A stretch of DNA of 41,326 nt from a virus (lineage: Duplodnaviria > Heunggongvirae > Uroviricota > Caudoviricetes). The stretch is from positions 1 through 41,326 of IMG/VR virus record IMGVR_UViG_2548876945_000011. One strand, 5' to 3'. Positions 26,506 through 36,348 of this stretch are shown in pieces. How positions within the stretch are numbered: the stretch's first letter is position 1; every line of letters begins with the position of its first letter. A model generated the notes under the pieces. The model saw nothing but the letters and a program-made list of their open reading frames with translations, made no database searches and was not told the origin of the DNA. The position numbers and the translations under genes were made by a program.

Positions 26506-27043
26506 CACCAGTACAGAGCGCGGATGGTTAATACCAACCAGTGGCGATCCGGATTATGACGAAGCGCTCGACAGGCTGTTAAGCCAGTGGATGCGTAACG
26601 TTTCCGGTCTGTCTGCCGGGATGGTTCGCCCGCGCTGGCAGAAAGAGCAGCCGCCACTGCTACCGGTTGAAACGAACTGGTGTGCGTTTGGGGTTATCGG
26701 ATGGTCAGGTGATGACAGTCCGGCATTCACCAGACAGACCGATGATGGCTCTCAGCTCTGGCGGCATGAAACGATTGAGTGTATGGCTTCGTTTTATGGA
26801 CCGGCGGGGATGGTGTATGCGTCCCGGTTTCGTGACGGTATATCTGTGCCGCAGAACAATGCAGCACTGAATGCGCTGGGGCTGTCTCTTGGCGATTACA
26901 CAGGTCTGACTCCCTTCCCTGAACTTATTAATCAGCAATGGGTCCGCCGCTACGATATGACGGTGCGCCTGCGCCGGAAGGTTGTGCGTGAGTACGGTAT
27001 TAAATCGCTGGTGGAAGCGCCAGTCATCTTTTTCGGAGATTAA
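26477..27043 (+). CDS. Putative tail completion protein
   Basis: 188-aa ORF immediately upstream of the sheath gene. Confidence 0.45.
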   Translation: MMGELRLSNNTSTERGWLIPTSGDPDYDEALDRLLSQWMRNVSGLSAGMVRPRWQKEQPPLLPVETNWCAFGVIGWSGDDSPAFTRQTDDGSQLWRHETIECMASFYGPAGMVYASRFRDGISVPQNNAALNALGLSLGDYTGLTPFPELINQQWVRRYDMTVRLRRKVVREYGIKSLVEAPVIFFGD

Positions 27044-27046
27044 GCT

Positions 27047-28192
27047 ATGGCACAGGGCTTGCCTGTATCAAACGTTGTTAATGTTGATGTGATCATGTCG
27101 CCGCGTGCAGCATCAGGGCGAAATTTTGGTGCATTACTCATTCTCGGCCCGTCCACAATCATTCCGGTAAGTGAGCGCATTCGCCGTTATTCTGCCGCGG
27201 AAGATATTGGAAAAGATTTTGGCGTGGAATCACCAGAATATAAGGCTGCGCAGGTGTTTTTCTCTCAATCACCGAAACCTCAGGAGGTTTTTGTTGGTCG
27301 TTGGGTGAAAACGAAGGGAGACAGCGAACAGGCCACGACTGAGACGCTGGAGCAGGCTGTGAATGCCATGCTTGATTATACTTCATGGTATGGGCTGGGG
27401 ATTGCAGACGATGAAGATATTCCGGATGCAGACTGGCTGAAAGTGGCTGCGGCGATCGAATCCTCTTCTGTAAGCCGTATTCTGGCGATTACGACAAGCG
27501 ATGAGAAATGCCTGCAGACTGCATCCAGCGATGATTTGGCATCAAAACTGAAAGCCGCCGGATATTCACGCAGTTTTATTCAGTATTCATCGGGTAATAA
27601 ATACGCTGCGTTATCTGCATTTGGCCGGGCATTCACGGTTAATTTCAATGGCAGTAATACCGCGATTACGCTCAAGTTTAAGCAGGAGCCGGGTGTCGGG
27701 TATGAAACACTGACAGTCAGCCAGGCATCGGCACTTGATGCAAAAAACTGCAATGTGTTCGTGTACTACCAGAATGATACAGCTATCCTCCAGCAGGGAG
27801 TGATGGCTAACGGCGATTTCTTTGATGAACGCCACGGCCTGGACTGGTTACAGAATTATGTGCAGACCAACCTCTATAACCTGCTTTATACCAGCACCAC
27901 GAAAGTTCCCCAGACTGAAGCCGGTATTACCCGACTGTTATCAAATGTTGAAAAATCACTGGATCAAGCCGTTCAGAATGGACTGATTGCTCCGGGCGTA
28001 TGGAACGGGGGCGACCTTGGTCAGTTGTCATCAGGTGACACACTGCCCAAAGGTTATTACGTATACGCTCAGCCGCTGGATGAACAGGCTCAATCAGAAC
28101 GTGAAGCCCGTAAGGCTCCGGTGATTCAGGCTGCAATAAAACTTGCAGGCGCGGTTCATTACGCTGACGTACAGATTAACGTTGTTCGCTAA
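27047..28192 (+). CDS. Tail sheath protein
   Basis: 381 aa directly followed by a tube-sized gene, chaperone and tape measure: the canonical contractile-tail order. Confidence 0.6.
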   Translation: MAQGLPVSNVVNVDVIMSPRAASGRNFGALLILGPSTIIPVSERIRRYSAAEDIGKDFGVESPEYKAAQVFFSQSPKPQEVFVGRWVKTKGDSEQATTETLEQAVNAMLDYTSWYGLGIADDEDIPDADWLKVAAAIESSSVSRILAITTSDEKCLQTASSDDLASKLKAAGYSRSFIQYSSGNKYAALSAFGRAFTVNFNGSNTAITLKFKQEPGVGYETLTVSQASALDAKNCNVFVYYQNDTAILQQGVMANGDFFDERHGLDWLQNYVQTNLYNLLYTSTTKVPQTEAGITRLLSNVEKSLDQAVQNGLIAPGVWNGGDLGQLSSGDTLPKGYYVYAQPLDEQAQSEREARKAPVIQAAIKLAGAVHYADVQINVVR

Positions 28193-28202
28193 GGGGAAGT
28201 GA

Positions 28203-28643
28203 ATGTCTACCTATTCTTTTATGGATGTCACTGCGACGCTGACCGGGCCGACCGGTTCGATTGACCTCGGGTACGGTTCTGCAAGTTCTGAAGAGGGGAT
28301 TGTGGTTGCGATGGGCGGTCCTAAAAACACCATGACCATCGGTGCTGATGGCGAAGTGATGCACAGTCTCCATGCAGATAAAAGCGGGACGATTACCGTT
28401 AACCTTCTGAAGACATCACCGACAAATAAAAAATTGTCGCTGGCGTATAACGCACAGAGCCAGTCTTCTGCCACATGGGGGAATAACGTTATTGTGATCC
28501 GCAACAAGGTCAGCGGCGACATCATCACGGCACGTAGTGTTGCGTTCCAGAAACAACCGGATAATGCCAACGCTAAAACCGGTAATACGATGCCGTGGGT
28601 GTTTGACTGCGGCAAGATTGACCAGGTTCTCGGGGAGTTTTAA
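28203..28643 (+). CDS. Tail tube protein
   Basis: 146 aa between the sheath and chaperone genes. Confidence 0.6.
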   Translation: MSTYSFMDVTATLTGPTGSIDLGYGSASSEEGIVVAMGGPKNTMTIGADGEVMHSLHADKSGTITVNLLKTSPTNKKLSLAYNAQSQSSATWGNNVIVIRNKVSGDIITARSVAFQKQPDNANAKTGNTMPWVFDCGKIDQVLGEF

Positions 28644-28646
28644 TAC

Positions 28647-29099
28647 ATGGAATTCGAAATCAAAGGCGTGAAATATCGCGCGGCAAAACTCAGCGTTTTT
28701 GACCAGCTGAAAGTGACCCGCAAACTTCTTCCGGTACTGGCGGGGATGATGTCAGATTTCGGGAGCATTCGCTCCCGTTTGCCTGCTGATGGCAAAATCG
28801 ACACCGTGAAATTCGAGCAGTTAAAACCGGTGTTTGAAACCATGCTCCCGCGTATCGCTGAGGAACTGTCTTCCCTGACCGAAGATGACACCGATGCGAT
28901 TATTCATCCCTGTCTTGCGGTGGTATCGCGGCGTCATATGGACGGATGGGTGCCGGTATTTACCCGGGGCGAACTGATGTTTGATGATATTGACCTGCTG
29001 GTCATGCTGCAGCTGGTGGCGCGGGTGGTCGCCGATTCGCTGGGAAATTTTTTGCCTACACCCCTTACCAGCACGACGCAGAGCCTGCAACAGGGCTGA
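28647..29099 (+). CDS. Tail assembly chaperone (G-like)
   Basis: 150 aa immediately upstream of the tape measure gene; slippery TTTTTTG near its 3' end with an open -1 frame beyond the stop. Confidence 0.6.
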   Translation: MEFEIKGVKYRAAKLSVFDQLKVTRKLLPVLAGMMSDFGSIRSRLPADGKIDTVKFEQLKPVFETMLPRIAEELSSLTEDDTDAIIHPCLAVVSRRHMDGWVPVFTRGELMFDDIDLLVMLQLVARVVADSLGNFLPTPLTSTTQSLQQG

Positions 29100-29287
29100 C
29101 GTTTAACAGCCTGCCGGACGGGCTGTCCTACCTTCTCAATCCGGTTGACGCCGGGTTAATTCCTTATACAGCACTTAAAGATGGCTCTGTCGATTTGTAC
29201 GACATTGCTCTCTTGAATGACCATCTGGCGGTAAAAGCGGATAACCAGCGGCGCATTGAGAAATGGAGAGAGGATAATGAACGCTGA
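29048..29287 (+). other. Programmed -1 frameshift site and extension (G/GT-like fusion)
   Basis: Heptamer T TTT TTG at 29048-29054; the -1 frame is open for 77 codons to a TGA at 29285-29287, overlapping the tape measure start. Confidence 0.5.
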
Positions 29288-31283
29288 AACTATTAAAGAT
29301 TTCCTCGTCTCGCTTGGCTTCAGTGTGGATGATGCAGGAGCGAAAAAGTTCGGTTCTGTCCTCGCCGGTACAACTGCAAATGTCATCAAAATGGGGCTGG
29401 CTGTTGAAGGGGCTGCGCTGTCCGTGGTGGCCTTCACGGCTAAGATCGCCTCCGGTCTGGATAATCTTTACTGGGCGTCACAGCGCACCGGCGCGACGGT
29501 CCAGGGAATTCAGTCTATTGGCTATGCGGTTTCGCAGGTTGGCGGCAGTGTGGACGCTGCGCGATCTTCTCTGGAAAGCCTCTCCCGGTTTATTCGTAAC
29601 AATCCCGGAGCAGAAGGCTTTCTGAATCGCCTGGGCGTACAGACCCGTGATGCCAGCGGTAACATGCGTGACATGGCTGCTATCTTTACGGGCGTTGGAC
29701 AGAAACTCAGCAGCATGCCGTATTACCGGGCTAACCAGTATGCGCAGATGCTGGGCATTGACGAAAATACCCTGATGGCTATGCGTCGCGGAGTGGGGCA
29801 GTTCAGCGCTCAGTATTCAGAAATGGTGAAAGCGATCGGATTTAATGCCGATCAGGCTGCCTTATCGTCAAACCGGTTTATGACCTCGCTGAAATCGCTC
29901 GGTGAAATGGCCGGGATGGCGCGGGACAAAATCGGATCGAATCTTGCGGACGGACTGGCGGGGCAGATTGATAACCTGCGCAAAAAGATAATTGAAAATT
30001 TTCCCAAAATTGAAGTCACCATCACAAAGGTCATAAAAGGGATCCTCTGGCTGGGTGAGATAGTCGGGCGGGTAGCATTTCGGATAGTCGATGGTGTCGG
30101 AGATATCATCGAGTGGTGGGGGAAACTGGATGCCGAAACGAAAACCCTGATAGAGGTTATCGGCGGCCTGGTTGTCGCCATGCGGATACTTAACTCTACT
30201 TTCTGGATGTCACCTATAGGGCTGATTACTGGTCTGATCGTGGCTCTCGGTCTCTTGTGGGAAGACTACAAAACATGGAAAGAAGGCGGTAACAGCCTTA
30301 TCGACTGGGAAAAATGGCAACCGGCAATAGATAAAGCGAAGGATGCGATCACCTGGTTCCGCGACAAATTACTCGAGCTGAAAGACAGCGTGGGGGGATG
30401 GCAAAAATCATTGGAAATCCTCGGTACATTCATCGCGGGTGTCTGGATATCCAAGGTTCTGGGGGCTTTCGGAAAAATATCAGGTTTGCCGATCCCACCC
30501 TGGCTTAAATTGTGGGCGCTTTACGCGGGTTATATTGTTAGTGACAGAGAAAATATTGCCGATAGCGCAAAATCTTCACTGAGGTATACGAAGCGAATTA
30601 TCGGCGACACGCTGGCTGCTATTGGTATAAAAACAGATATCGGACGCAGGGATGTCAGTGAGGTCCGTGAATGGCCTGCGTGGATGGACTGGTTGCACGG
30701 GGGACCCGGTAAAGTTATCCGGCAGGGACAGAGTAACGGTGTAGTGCATGGCTCCAACGTCCAGCCCGACATCCCCGGCGGCGGCACTCTTGCTGATCGT
30801 AACAATAACCCCGGGAACATTCGCCCGGTGAGCGGTAAAGGGTTCCGGTTTTTCGAATCAGCGCTTGAGGGCTGGGAGGCGATGAAAAACCAGCTCATGC
30901 GTTACTTTACCGGGAAAACAACCGGACGGGCATTACAGACTATTCAGGATATTGTCAGTACCTGGGCCCCGGCAGGTGATAACAACGATCCGAAAAAGTA
31001 TGCACAGGATGTTGCGAAATGGATGGGAGTATCACCGAATGCAATATTGAATCTTACAGATCCCCGGACTATGGGTGCATTGATGCAGTCGATGGCGCGC
31101 AAAGAAGGTTATTCAAACTGGAACAGCCCGCTGGCGTATCAGGCCGCCGCTGGCAGCCTTAACCAGCAGACTGTTATAAATGTTCATGGAGTTAACAACC
31201 CTCAGGAGGCGGCTAATCTGATCGCTGACAAGCAGGGGGCTGTAAATGCCAGGGCGGTACAGCAATTGAAAGGACCTGCGTAA
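29277..31283 (+). CDS. Tail tape measure protein
   Basis: 668 aa, helical and Gly/Ala-rich with hydrophobic segments; GGAGAGAGG RBS; follows the chaperone. Confidence 0.75.
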   Translation: MNAETIKDFLVSLGFSVDDAGAKKFGSVLAGTTANVIKMGLAVEGAALSVVAFTAKIASGLDNLYWASQRTGATVQGIQSIGYAVSQVGGSVDAARSSLESLSRFIRNNPGAEGFLNRLGVQTRDASGNMRDMAAIFTGVGQKLSSMPYYRANQYAQMLGIDENTLMAMRRGVGQFSAQYSEMVKAIGFNADQAALSSNRFMTSLKSLGEMAGMARDKIGSNLADGLAGQIDNLRKKIIENFPKIEVTITKVIKGILWLGEIVGRVAFRIVDGVGDIIEWWGKLDAETKTLIEVIGGLVVAMRILNSTFWMSPIGLITGLIVALGLLWEDYKTWKEGGNSLIDWEKWQPAIDKAKDAITWFRDKLLELKDSVGGWQKSLEILGTFIAGVWISKVLGAFGKISGLPIPPWLKLWALYAGYIVSDRENIADSAKSSLRYTKRIIGDTLAAIGIKTDIGRRDVSEVREWPAWMDWLHGGPGKVIRQGQSNGVVHGSNVQPDIPGGGTLADRNNNPGNIRPVSGKGFRFFESALEGWEAMKNQLMRYFTGKTTGRALQTIQDIVSTWAPAGDNNDPKKYAQDVAKWMGVSPNAILNLTDPRTMGALMQSMARKEGYSNWNSPLAYQAAAGSLNQQTVINVHGVNNPQEAANLIADKQGAVNARAVQQLKGPA

Positions 31284-31933
31284 TGGACTTTTTATCTGTT
31301 TTACTGCAGCAGCGAACCCGCTCAATAGGAATCATTATTCCTGATGTGGTTATTACCGAAAAGCACACAGACGCCCTGGAAATTACGGAACATCCGGTTG
31401 AACAGCCCACGAATGCTGGTGCCAGTGGTGAGGGTGCTGGTTACATATCAGAACACGCATTCAGGCGCCCTTCTGAGGTTGTGATGGAAACCGGTTTTTC
31501 CGGAGGCGGATCGCTGCTTGATTTTGCCAGTAACCTGACGGCTACCAGTTTACTGGGGCTGAGCCCGAAAGAACTGTATCAGGAACTGCTTAACCTGCAG
31601 CGGAATCGTATTCCTTTCGATGTGACAACCGGCAAGCGTATTTACAACAATATGTTGATAAAAACGCTGGAGGTCACGACCGATAAGAGTAGTGAAAATG
31701 TGCTTCTGGCGACACTTACCCTCAGGGAAGTAATTATTACCTCCACGCAGTCAGTCAGGGTTGCCCCGAAAAACAATATGACCGAGGGAGTCGGAACGTC
31801 TGCTGTGCAGAATACAGGCACCAAAACAACGGTGCCGCCGAATAATTCCATTCTGAAATCGCTGCCACAGATGGCGCAAGAAGGTATCTCCACTGTTGAT
31901 GGGTATTTGAGCAATTTATTTCTGGGAAGGTGA
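31283..31933 (+). CDS. Putative tail/baseplate protein
   Basis: 216-aa ORF coupled to the tape measure stop. Confidence 0.45.
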   Translation: MDFLSVLLQQRTRSIGIIIPDVVITEKHTDALEITEHPVEQPTNAGASGEGAGYISEHAFRRPSEVVMETGFSGGGSLLDFASNLTATSLLGLSPKELYQELLNLQRNRIPFDVTTGKRIYNNMLIKTLEVTTDKSSENVLLATLTLREVIITSTQSVRVAPKNNMTEGVGTSAVQNTGTKTTVPPNNSILKSLPQMAQEGISTVDGYLSNLFLGR

Positions 31934-31936
31934 TTC

Positions 31937-32239
31937 ATGAAAGCCGTAGAAATCCCACTGGTTGCTGACAATCAGACTTTTGCCACCACAATTAACGGTT
32001 CGGTTTATCACCTGTCTGTCATCTGGCGAGGCGAGTACTGGGTTCTGGATCTTGCTGACAGCAATGGCTCCGCCATTATATCAGGTATACCGATGATTAC
32101 GGGGGCTGACCTGCTGGCACAGTATCGATATATGGATCTGGGTTTTTCTCTGGTGGTGCTCTGCGACGTGGCAGGGCAGGAGAATCCGACGCAATTCGAT
32201 CTTGGAACGCTCTCACACCTCTATGTTTTCACGGAGTAA
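31937..32239 (+). CDS. Hypothetical tail protein
   Basis: 100-aa ORF within the tail operon. Confidence 0.4.
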   Translation: MKAVEIPLVADNQTFATTINGSVYHLSVIWRGEYWVLDLADSNGSAIISGIPMITGADLLAQYRYMDLGFSLVVLCDVAGQENPTQFDLGTLSHLYVFTE

Positions 32240-32241
32240 CA

Positions 32242-33273
32242 ATGTCGAAAAACTGGATGCGTCACTTTGAATTATTGCTTGTTGATGATAAGGGCGACGG
32301 GATAAAAATTTCTGAGCTTAAAGTCACTTTCAATATTCAGAAAATGCCTGCGACCATATTCAATGGATTCGTTGGGAATTTTAAGGTTTATAACCTGTCC
32401 CCTACCACTCAGAACCGGATTATGCAGAAGGAGTTTTCGCGTATACAGGTTATTGCCGGATACAAGGGGCAACCGGATGCAGCAGGTAATTATCCTGATG
32501 AAAACGTTGGTATGATATTCAATGGAGATATCCGTTTTACTGTCACTGGTAAAGATAATGCCACGGACAGTTGGATCATGTTGCAGTGTATTGACAGCTG
32601 GGAAGGCCACCTGAACGCAAGTGTGAAAACCACAGTGGCAGCTGGCTGGAAGTACAGAGATCTTTTCAGTCTGGGTATGAAATCATTCGAACCATATGGC
32701 ATCGAATCCGGCGCAGTTCCTGACATGCCTGAAACGGTATTTCCCCGGGGTCGCGTTGTTTATCAAAACACATCAAGGTTGATGAATCATATCGCAGGGC
32801 AGTGTAAGGCTAACTGGTGGTATGAAAATAATCTGGTAAATATTGTTCCTGAAGATAAATATATTGGTGTTGCTACGGTGTTGAATGCTAACACCGGGCT
32901 TATCGGTATGCCACAGCAGACGATGGGAGCTGGCGTAAATGTCAGATGTCTGATTAATCCAAATATTAAGCTCGGTGGGCTTATTCGTCTGGATCAGGCA
33001 TCTGTATACCGTGCCTCTTTGAGTAATGACCAGGTAGCGAAATCGCCAGCACGACTGGATGAGTCTGAAAGCGACGGTAATCTCTACGTTAACGGTCTGC
33101 CAGGCATGTCACAGCCTGCCAGCATTAATACTGACGGTGATTACATTGTGGGCAGCATTGATTATACTGGCGACACCCGAGGGCAGGCGTGGTATATGGA
33201 CCTGCTTTGCCTGGCTAAAGGTGGCAAAGAATTGCTTAACTCGAAAGGGATTGATGCGGCGAAATACACATGA
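32242..33273 (+). CDS. Putative baseplate hub protein
   Basis: 343-aa ORF upstream of the spike, gp25-like and baseplate J genes (Mu-like order). Confidence 0.5.
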   Translation: MSKNWMRHFELLLVDDKGDGIKISELKVTFNIQKMPATIFNGFVGNFKVYNLSPTTQNRIMQKEFSRIQVIAGYKGQPDAAGNYPDENVGMIFNGDIRFTVTGKDNATDSWIMLQCIDSWEGHLNASVKTTVAAGWKYRDLFSLGMKSFEPYGIESGAVPDMPETVFPRGRVVYQNTSRLMNHIAGQCKANWWYENNLVNIVPEDKYIGVATVLNANTGLIGMPQQTMGAGVNVRCLINPNIKLGGLIRLDQASVYRASLSNDQVAKSPARLDESESDGNLYVNGLPGMSQPASINTDGDYIVGSIDYTGDTRGQAWYMDLLCLAKGGKELLNSKGIDAAKYT

Positions 33274-33605
33274 AAAGACCATTGTTGACAGTTTTACTTG
33301 TCTGTATCTCCTTCATTTCCTTTGCTGATACCGGTTGCGGACCATTTACGATCAACTGGAAAGCGCAAGACGGACTTGCAAGGATTAATGGACAGAAACC
33401 GGAGACACAGAAAATCATCTTTCTCAAACAGGAAGGTGATTATGATAATGTGAACATCCAATGGATGATTCCGGGTAATGGGCGTTGGTTAGGGATGGAT
33501 TTTGTGGCCAGAAATGGCAAGCCGATCCTCAACGTTGAAGTTATCCGCAAAAATATGGACGAGCCTCGGGAGTTATGGACGTATGATTGCCGGAAGGTGA
33601 AGTGA
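33270..33605 (+). CDS. Secreted hypothetical protein inside the baseplate operon
   Basis: 111 aa with Sec signal peptide (MKRPLLTVLLVCISFISFA/DTG) and two Cys in the mature part; ATGA overlap with the hub gene. Confidence 0.55.
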   Translation: MKRPLLTVLLVCISFISFADTGCGPFTINWKAQDGLARINGQKPETQKIIFLKQEGDYDNVNIQWMIPGNGRWLGMDFVARNGKPILNVEVIRKNMDEPRELWTYDCRKVK

Positions 33606-33680
33606 ATTACATTGGCGTCCAGCTTCTGCAGAACAGCATGGATGCGCCGAAAATCATCGGTTCCTTTCCATGCAAAAAGA

Positions 33681-33708
33681 TTGTTGATTAATCACTCGTA
33701 ATTATAAT
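33681..33708 (+). promoter_or_regulatory. Candidate sigma70 promoter for the small membrane-protein gene
   Basis: TTGTTG, 16-bp spacer, consensus TATAAT, about 35 nt upstream of an AAGGAA RBS. Confidence 0.45.
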
Positions 33709-33744
33709 GTGATACTTCTACTTTCACGATAAGGAATTTGTCAC

Positions 33745-33984
33745 ATGTTCGGATTTGATAAATTAATAACTCCAAAAATCATCAACGTTCTGTATGGCAT
33801 CACAATGTTACTTCTGGTTGTTGCCGCCATTATAACGTTTGTTAATGGGAAGGCTGCTGGCGCTTTAGTGCTTTTGTTATGTGCTGTATTTTGCCGAATA
33901 TTCTTTGAGTGCATCATGGTTTCATTTAAAAACAATGAGTATCTTCGCCGAATAGCTGAAGCGTTAGAAGCAAACAAGCAGTAA
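33745..33984 (+). CDS. Small two-helix membrane protein (DUF4282-like)
   Basis: 79 aa (MFGFDKLITPKIINVLYGITMLLLVVAAI...); about 37.5% GC by hand count; flanked by its own promoter and terminator. Confidence 0.6.
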   Translation: MFGFDKLITPKIINVLYGITMLLLVVAAIITFVNGKAAGALVLLLCAVFCRIFFECIMVSFKNNEYLRRIAEALEANKQ

Positions 33985-34002
33985 TGAAACTTCAATAATG
34001 AA

Positions 34003-34024
34003 CCCGCCACCCGGCGGGTTTTTT
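34003..34024 (+). terminator. Intrinsic terminator after the small membrane-protein gene
   Basis: CCCGCC-ACCC-GGCGGG hairpin followed by TTTTTT, 20 nt upstream of the next baseplate gene. Confidence 0.65.
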
Positions 34025-34043
34025 ACTTTCTGGAGACATATGA

Positions 34044-34796
34044 ATGCCCGTTTCTTTAAGCGCTCAACTTGGTAGCAAAGAACAGGCCGATGTAAGACTT
34101 GCTGGCTCTGTCATGTCGGCGCTGCGTGTTTCTATGCCCGGCATCGTCCAGTCATTTGATCCGGACACGGTAACAGTGGTTGTTCAACCTGCGATTAAAG
34201 GCTATGAGCCGGACTCAAATGGAATCAACCAGTCGACGACATTACCCCTGCTGGTGGATGTGCCAGTGGTATTTCCGCGCGGCGGAGGCTGTACGTTGAC
34301 TTTTCCGGTAAAAGCCGGTGATGAATGTCTGGTGATTTTTGCTGATCGTTGTATTGATTTCTGGTGGCAGAACGGCGGGATACAGGAGCCGGTCGATGAC
34401 AGAATGCATGATTTATCGGATGGGTTTTGTATTGTCGGTCCCCAGTCGCAGGCGAGGAAGATTAGCGGTATTAATACCAGTGCTACACAGTTGCGTAGTG
34501 ACGACGGCAGCACCTATTTTGAGCTTAATCCTGATACCCGGAAAATTAAAATTGTCGCTCCGGGGGGGCTTGATGTGGTTGCCCCTCTGGCTGATTTTTC
34601 TGAGAAAGTAACCATTCATGGCCTGTTAACCTGGATGGGTGGCATGGTGGGGTCTGTTGTTTCTGGTGTGGCTTCAAAAATCACTGGTGCTGTTGAGTTT
34701 TTGGGTAGCGTGAAGGCTAACGGCAAGCCAATCGATGATACGCACACTCATGGCGGTGTTCAGCGCGGTGGAAGCAATACCGATGGGGTAAACTGA
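34044..34796 (+). CDS. Baseplate assembly/spike protein (gpV-like)
   Basis: 250-aa ORF with GGAGA RBS at the spike position of a Mu-like baseplate cluster. Confidence 0.5.
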   Translation: MPVSLSAQLGSKEQADVRLAGSVMSALRVSMPGIVQSFDPDTVTVVVQPAIKGYEPDSNGINQSTTLPLLVDVPVVFPRGGGCTLTFPVKAGDECLVIFADRCIDFWWQNGGIQEPVDDRMHDLSDGFCIVGPQSQARKISGINTSATQLRSDDGSTYFELNPDTRKIKIVAPGGLDVVAPLADFSEKVTIHGLLTWMGGMVGSVVSGVASKITGAVEFLGSVKANGKPIDDTHTHGGVQRGGSNTDGVN

Positions 34797-35149
34797 TGCG
34801 ATACAGACGTGAAGACGCCGATGGCGATTACACCTTTGGCAGCGGTGATGACACCTGGCTGATTAACTCACCGGAGGCCGTGGCGCAGGCGGTAAAAACG
34901 CGATTCGAATTGTGGTATGGGCAATGGTTTCTCGACACCACCGAAGGGACTCCGTGGATCCAGTCCGTGCTCGGTAAGCAGAAGCCGGAAACCTACAACC
35001 TGGCGATCCGTAAGCGCATCCTCGAAACGCGGGGCGTTAAATCAATCCTCTCTTTCAATACGACAGTGGATACCACGACCCGACGTGTCATGTTTTCCGC
35101 TGAAATCGACACTCTTTATGGAATAACGACTGTTACATCGGAGGCGTAA
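34796..35149 (+). CDS. Baseplate wedge protein (gp25/W-like)
   Basis: 117-aa ORF between the spike and baseplate J genes. Confidence 0.5.
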   Translation: MRYRREDADGDYTFGSGDDTWLINSPEAVAQAVKTRFELWYGQWFLDTTEGTPWIQSVLGKQKPETYNLAIRKRILETRGVKSILSFNTTVDTTTRRVMFSAEIDTLYGITTVTSEA

Positions 35150-36348
35150 TGGCTCTGAACCTTGATTCTCTCGGTTTATCTGCAAAGGTAACCGCGGAGG
35201 GGATCAGTGCGCCTGATTATCAGACGATACTCAGCACCCTGATTAGCTATTTTCAGCAGATTTATGGCAGTGATGCCTACCTCGAACCGGACAGCAAAGA
35301 CGGCCAGATGGTGGCTCTGATGGCGTTGGCGATTCATGATGCCAATAATACGGCGATAACTGTCTACAACTGTTTTTCACCGGCAACCGGCTATGGGGCT
35401 GCACTGACCAGTAACGTGAAAATAAATGGTATTTCACGTAAAGGCGCGACGAATTCTACGGTTGATTTGCTTCTTACAGGAACTGCCGGAACAACCATCA
35501 TTAATGGCAGCGTGAAAGACAGTAATAATGTGATATGGCGTTTGCCTGCTTCAGTGGTGGTCGGCGTGGATGGTACAGTGATGGTGACTGCAACATGTTC
35601 CGTCAGTGGTGCAGTGGCGGCGCTGGCTGGAACTATCACTGAAATAAATACGCCAACCCGTGGCTGGGTTTCGGTAACTAATCCTGCTGCGGCTACCGTG
35701 GGCACTCCGGCAGAAACTGACGCGGAGTTACGTATCCGCCAGTCGCAAAGTGTTGCGTTGCCATCAATAACCCCATTTGAAGCACTGGATGGTGCTGTTT
35801 CTAATGTTACCGGTGTAACCCGCCACAAACTCTATGAAAACGATACTGGTTCGGAGGACGGTAACGGGTTACCGCCACACTCTGTTGCTGTAATTGTGGA
35901 TGGCGGTGATGTAACGGATATTGCTCAGGCTATCAGAGGGAATAAAGGCCAGGGGACAGCCACTCACGGTACAACATCCGTTACGGTTCCGGATAAATAC
36001 GGCAATCCCCATGTAATCAAATTCTCGCGTTCCAGTGATGTGCCTGTTTATGCCCGGATTAAATTAAAAGTTTTTACGGGTTATACCTCACAGATAGGGC
36101 AGCAGATCCAGCAGGCTATTTCCGACTATATCAATAGTCTGATGATTGGTAATTCGGTCCTTTTAAGTCGCATTTACTCACCGGCGAATCTTGGCGTGGT
36201 GAGTGGCGGGAATGCACGCTATTACGATATTCAGGAACTGACGATTGGGAAATCCCCGGGGGCTTTGTCGTCATCAAACATTGATATCAGATATAACGAA
36301 TCTGCGTCCTGTACCCCGGAAAATATCGTTATAACGGTGGAGTCATGA
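35149..36348 (+). CDS. Baseplate J-like protein
   Basis: 399-aa ORF, the size and position typical of baseplate J (Mu gp47-like). Confidence 0.65.
   Translation: MALNLDSLGLSAKVTAEGISAPDYQTILSTLISYFQQIYGSDAYLEPDSKDGQMVALMALAIHDANNTAITVYNCFSPATGYGAALTSNVKINGISRKGATNSTVDLLLTGTAGTTIINGSVKDSNNVIWRLPASVVVGVDGTVMVTATCSVSGAVAALAGTITEINTPTRGWVSVTNPAAATVGTPAETDAELRIRQSQSVALPSITPFEALDGAVSNVTGVTRHKLYENDTGSEDGNGLPPHSVAVIVDGGDVTDIAQAIRGNKGQGTATHGTTSVTVPDKYGNPHVIKFSRSSDVPVYARIKLKVFTGYTSQIGQQIQQAISDYINSLMIGNSVLLSRIYSPANLGVVSGGNARYYDIQELTIGKSPGALSSSNIDIRYNESASCTPENIVITVES

Noticed and set aside
28211-28615. 134-aa minus-strand ORF opposite the tail tube gene
   Set aside because: Completely overlapped by a better-supported structural gene in the co-directional late operon.
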